From Macrostomum lignano (taxonomy: Eukaryota), in assembly GCA_002269645.1 (NCBI GenBank), contig NIVC01001731.1:62001-126000 (forward strand): a stretch of DNA of 64,000 nt, written 5' to 3'. The position numbers were made by a program, and so were the translations under genes. Under the pieces are notes generated by a model. That model saw only the letters and a list, made by a program, of their open reading frames with translations. It was not told the DNA's origin and did no database searches. Below, piece by piece: positions 53,705 to 64,000 of the stretch. Every line of letters starts with the position of its first letter. Within the stretch, counting starts at the first letter, position 1.

Positions 53705-54630
53705 AACAATCGCCCCGCCTAAACAAACTTATAGAATCGCCACCCTGACCAAAACTGACAAGAATCGCCCCTGACCAAAACTGACAAGAATTGCTCCCTG
53801 ACCAAAACTGACAAGAATCGCCCCTCCCCCCTGACCAAAACTGACAAGAATCGCCCCCCCCCCTGACCAAAACTGACAAGAATCGCCCCCTGACCAAAAC
53901 TGACAAGAATCGCCCCCCTGACCAAAACTGACAAGAATTGCCCCTGACCAAAACTGACAAGAATCGCCCCTCCCCCCCTGACCAAAACTGACAAGAATCG
54001 CCCCTCCCCCCTGACCAAAACTGACAAGAATCGCCCCCCCCCTGACCAAAACTGACAAGAATCGCCCCTGACCAAAACTGACAAGAATCGCCCCCTGACC
54101 AAAACTGACAAGAATCGCCCCCCTGACCAAAACTGACAAGAATCGCCCCCTGACCAAAACTGACAAGAATCGCCCCTGACCAAAACTGACAAGAATCGCC
54201 CCCTGACCAAAACTGACAAGAATCGCCCCCCTGACCAAAACTGACAAGAATCGCCCCTGACCAAAACTGACAAGAATCGCCCCTGACCAAAACTGACAAG
54301 AATCGCCCCCTGACCAAAACTGACAAGAATCGCCCCTGACCAAAACTGACAAGAATCGCCCCCCTGACCAAAACTGACAAGAATCGCCCCTGACCAAAAC
54401 TGACAAGAATCGCCCCTGACCAAAACTGACAAGAATCGCCCCTGACCAAAACTGACAAGAATCGCCCCTGACCAAAACTGACAAGAATCGCCCCTGACCA
54501 AAACTGACAAGAATCGCCCCTGACCAAAACTGACAAGAATCGCCCCTGACCAAAACTGACAAGAATCGCCCCTGACCAAAACTGACAAGAATCGCCCCTG
54601 ACCAAAACTGACAAGAATCGCCGCTGACCC
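53705..54630. repeat. 26-bp minisatellite with a variable C-run between DDX18 and NAA25
   Basis: Unit AATCGCCCCTGACCAAAACTGACAAG. Confidence 0.97.
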
Positions 54631-55439
54631 AAATTGTCTTCTTTTGAAAAGGCTAAGGCTCTATAAATTCATCTCTGCGTGATTCGACCTGCTGTACTTT
54701 TACTGTTCTCGAAGGATGCCTAGCTAATCTGATGCAGCAGTAGACTAGGCTTCCATTTCTACTAAAAATTCTACTTAACTGCGGACTTCAAGATGATAAA
54801 TTTAAAAAAAATCCCCCAGCCGGTGTGGCGCGCCACAGTTCCCGCTCGCCCGCTGTCACGTGCTATCGGCTTGAAAGCATTATAACTAACTGGTATACTT
54901 GTTTTAGCCCAAAGAAACAGACTCACAGCCGTTATGCCCGGTTTGGGACCCTGTTGAGGGATTTGGGAACTCTGAGTGACCGATTAATAATTCATTTTGC
55001 GAGTTCGGACTATATAGCTATGAGGAATGCAAGCGGGAGATAGGAAAGGAATGGGAAGGATGGATGAGAAACTTGATACCTTCGCTAGAATAACCCATGT
55101 TATCTGGATTTTCGCATCTCTGCTACATAAGATAAGATTGCGTGGGTGGTATTTTGCTTTTGACTAAAGTGGCTGTTCAAGCTTTCCCAAATACGACTAG
55201 AGCCTCGCTTGATTGACCTTCCTTCTGACCTTAAGGCCTCTCTCGCTTTCTTTGGGGCTATAGATAATGGCAGGTCTAATGCTCAAGTTATTACTAAAAT
55301 AAATATCTCCAGAAGGGCTATTGGGCACCCTGGCGCAATTCTTTCGGCAACATCGTGCCACCGCTGAACTGCTTTGCGCCCCAAGGCTAGTGTGATAGGT
55401 TTTAGGTTTATGTAGTAAAAGTTTTTATTTTTAAGAGTA

Positions 55440-55467
55440 ATAAAAGTTTGTCTTTTTTATTCTGCAG

Positions 55468-55470
<3 letters not shown>
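55440..55470 (+). promoter_or_regulatory. Strong 3' splice acceptor (tandem CAGCAG) at the 5' end of NAA25; candidate trans-splice site
   Basis: TTTGTCTTTTTTATTCTGCAG|CAG|AAC with a U-rich stretch upstream. I found no matching upstream ATG-bearing donor. Confidence 0.5.

Positions 55471-64000
<8,530 letters not shown>

Noticed and set aside
55040-55330. Possible decayed LINE endonuclease fragment; also a possible LINE linker fragment on minus at about 59990-60430
   Set aside because: The resemblance is faint and broken by stops, and cannot be supported without an HMM search.

Overview
This is eukaryotic (animal) genomic DNA with GC-rich exons in AT-rich, repeat-laden introns. Five spliced genes can be reconstructed with canonical GT-AG junctions and consistent phases: TMEM214 (minus, 7 exons, one apparent 1-nt frameshift), then on the plus strand alpha-catenin (7 exons), SLC9A8/NHE8 (3 exons), DDX18 (5 exons) and NAA25 (7 exons visible, runs off the window end). 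The divergent gap between TMEM214 and alpha-catenin holds a decayed DD34D mariner and an internally deleted Ty3/Gypsy element with both LTRs. Other elements are a tRNA-headed SINE with a CORE-like domain (NHE8 intron 1), a decayed gag fragment (DDX18 intron 2) and a 224-bp-arm near-perfect palindrome. About 35 distinct mini/microsatellite arrays occur: 22 of 24 introns carry one, while the 13-kb divergent intergenic region is almost free of them. The overall style resembles a free-living flatworm such as Macrostomum; this is an inference, not something the sequence proves. The strongest leads are (1) NAA25 has no visible ATG and its first exon starts in phase 0 at a CAGCAG acceptor, so a flatworm spliced leader ending in AUG could supply the start codon, possibly within a polycistronic cluster; (2) a DDX18 intron whose array is 14 tandem copies of the 3' splice junction itself; and (3) the confinement of arrays to transcribed DNA. 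No CRISPR array, rRNA or bona fide tRNA gene was seen.
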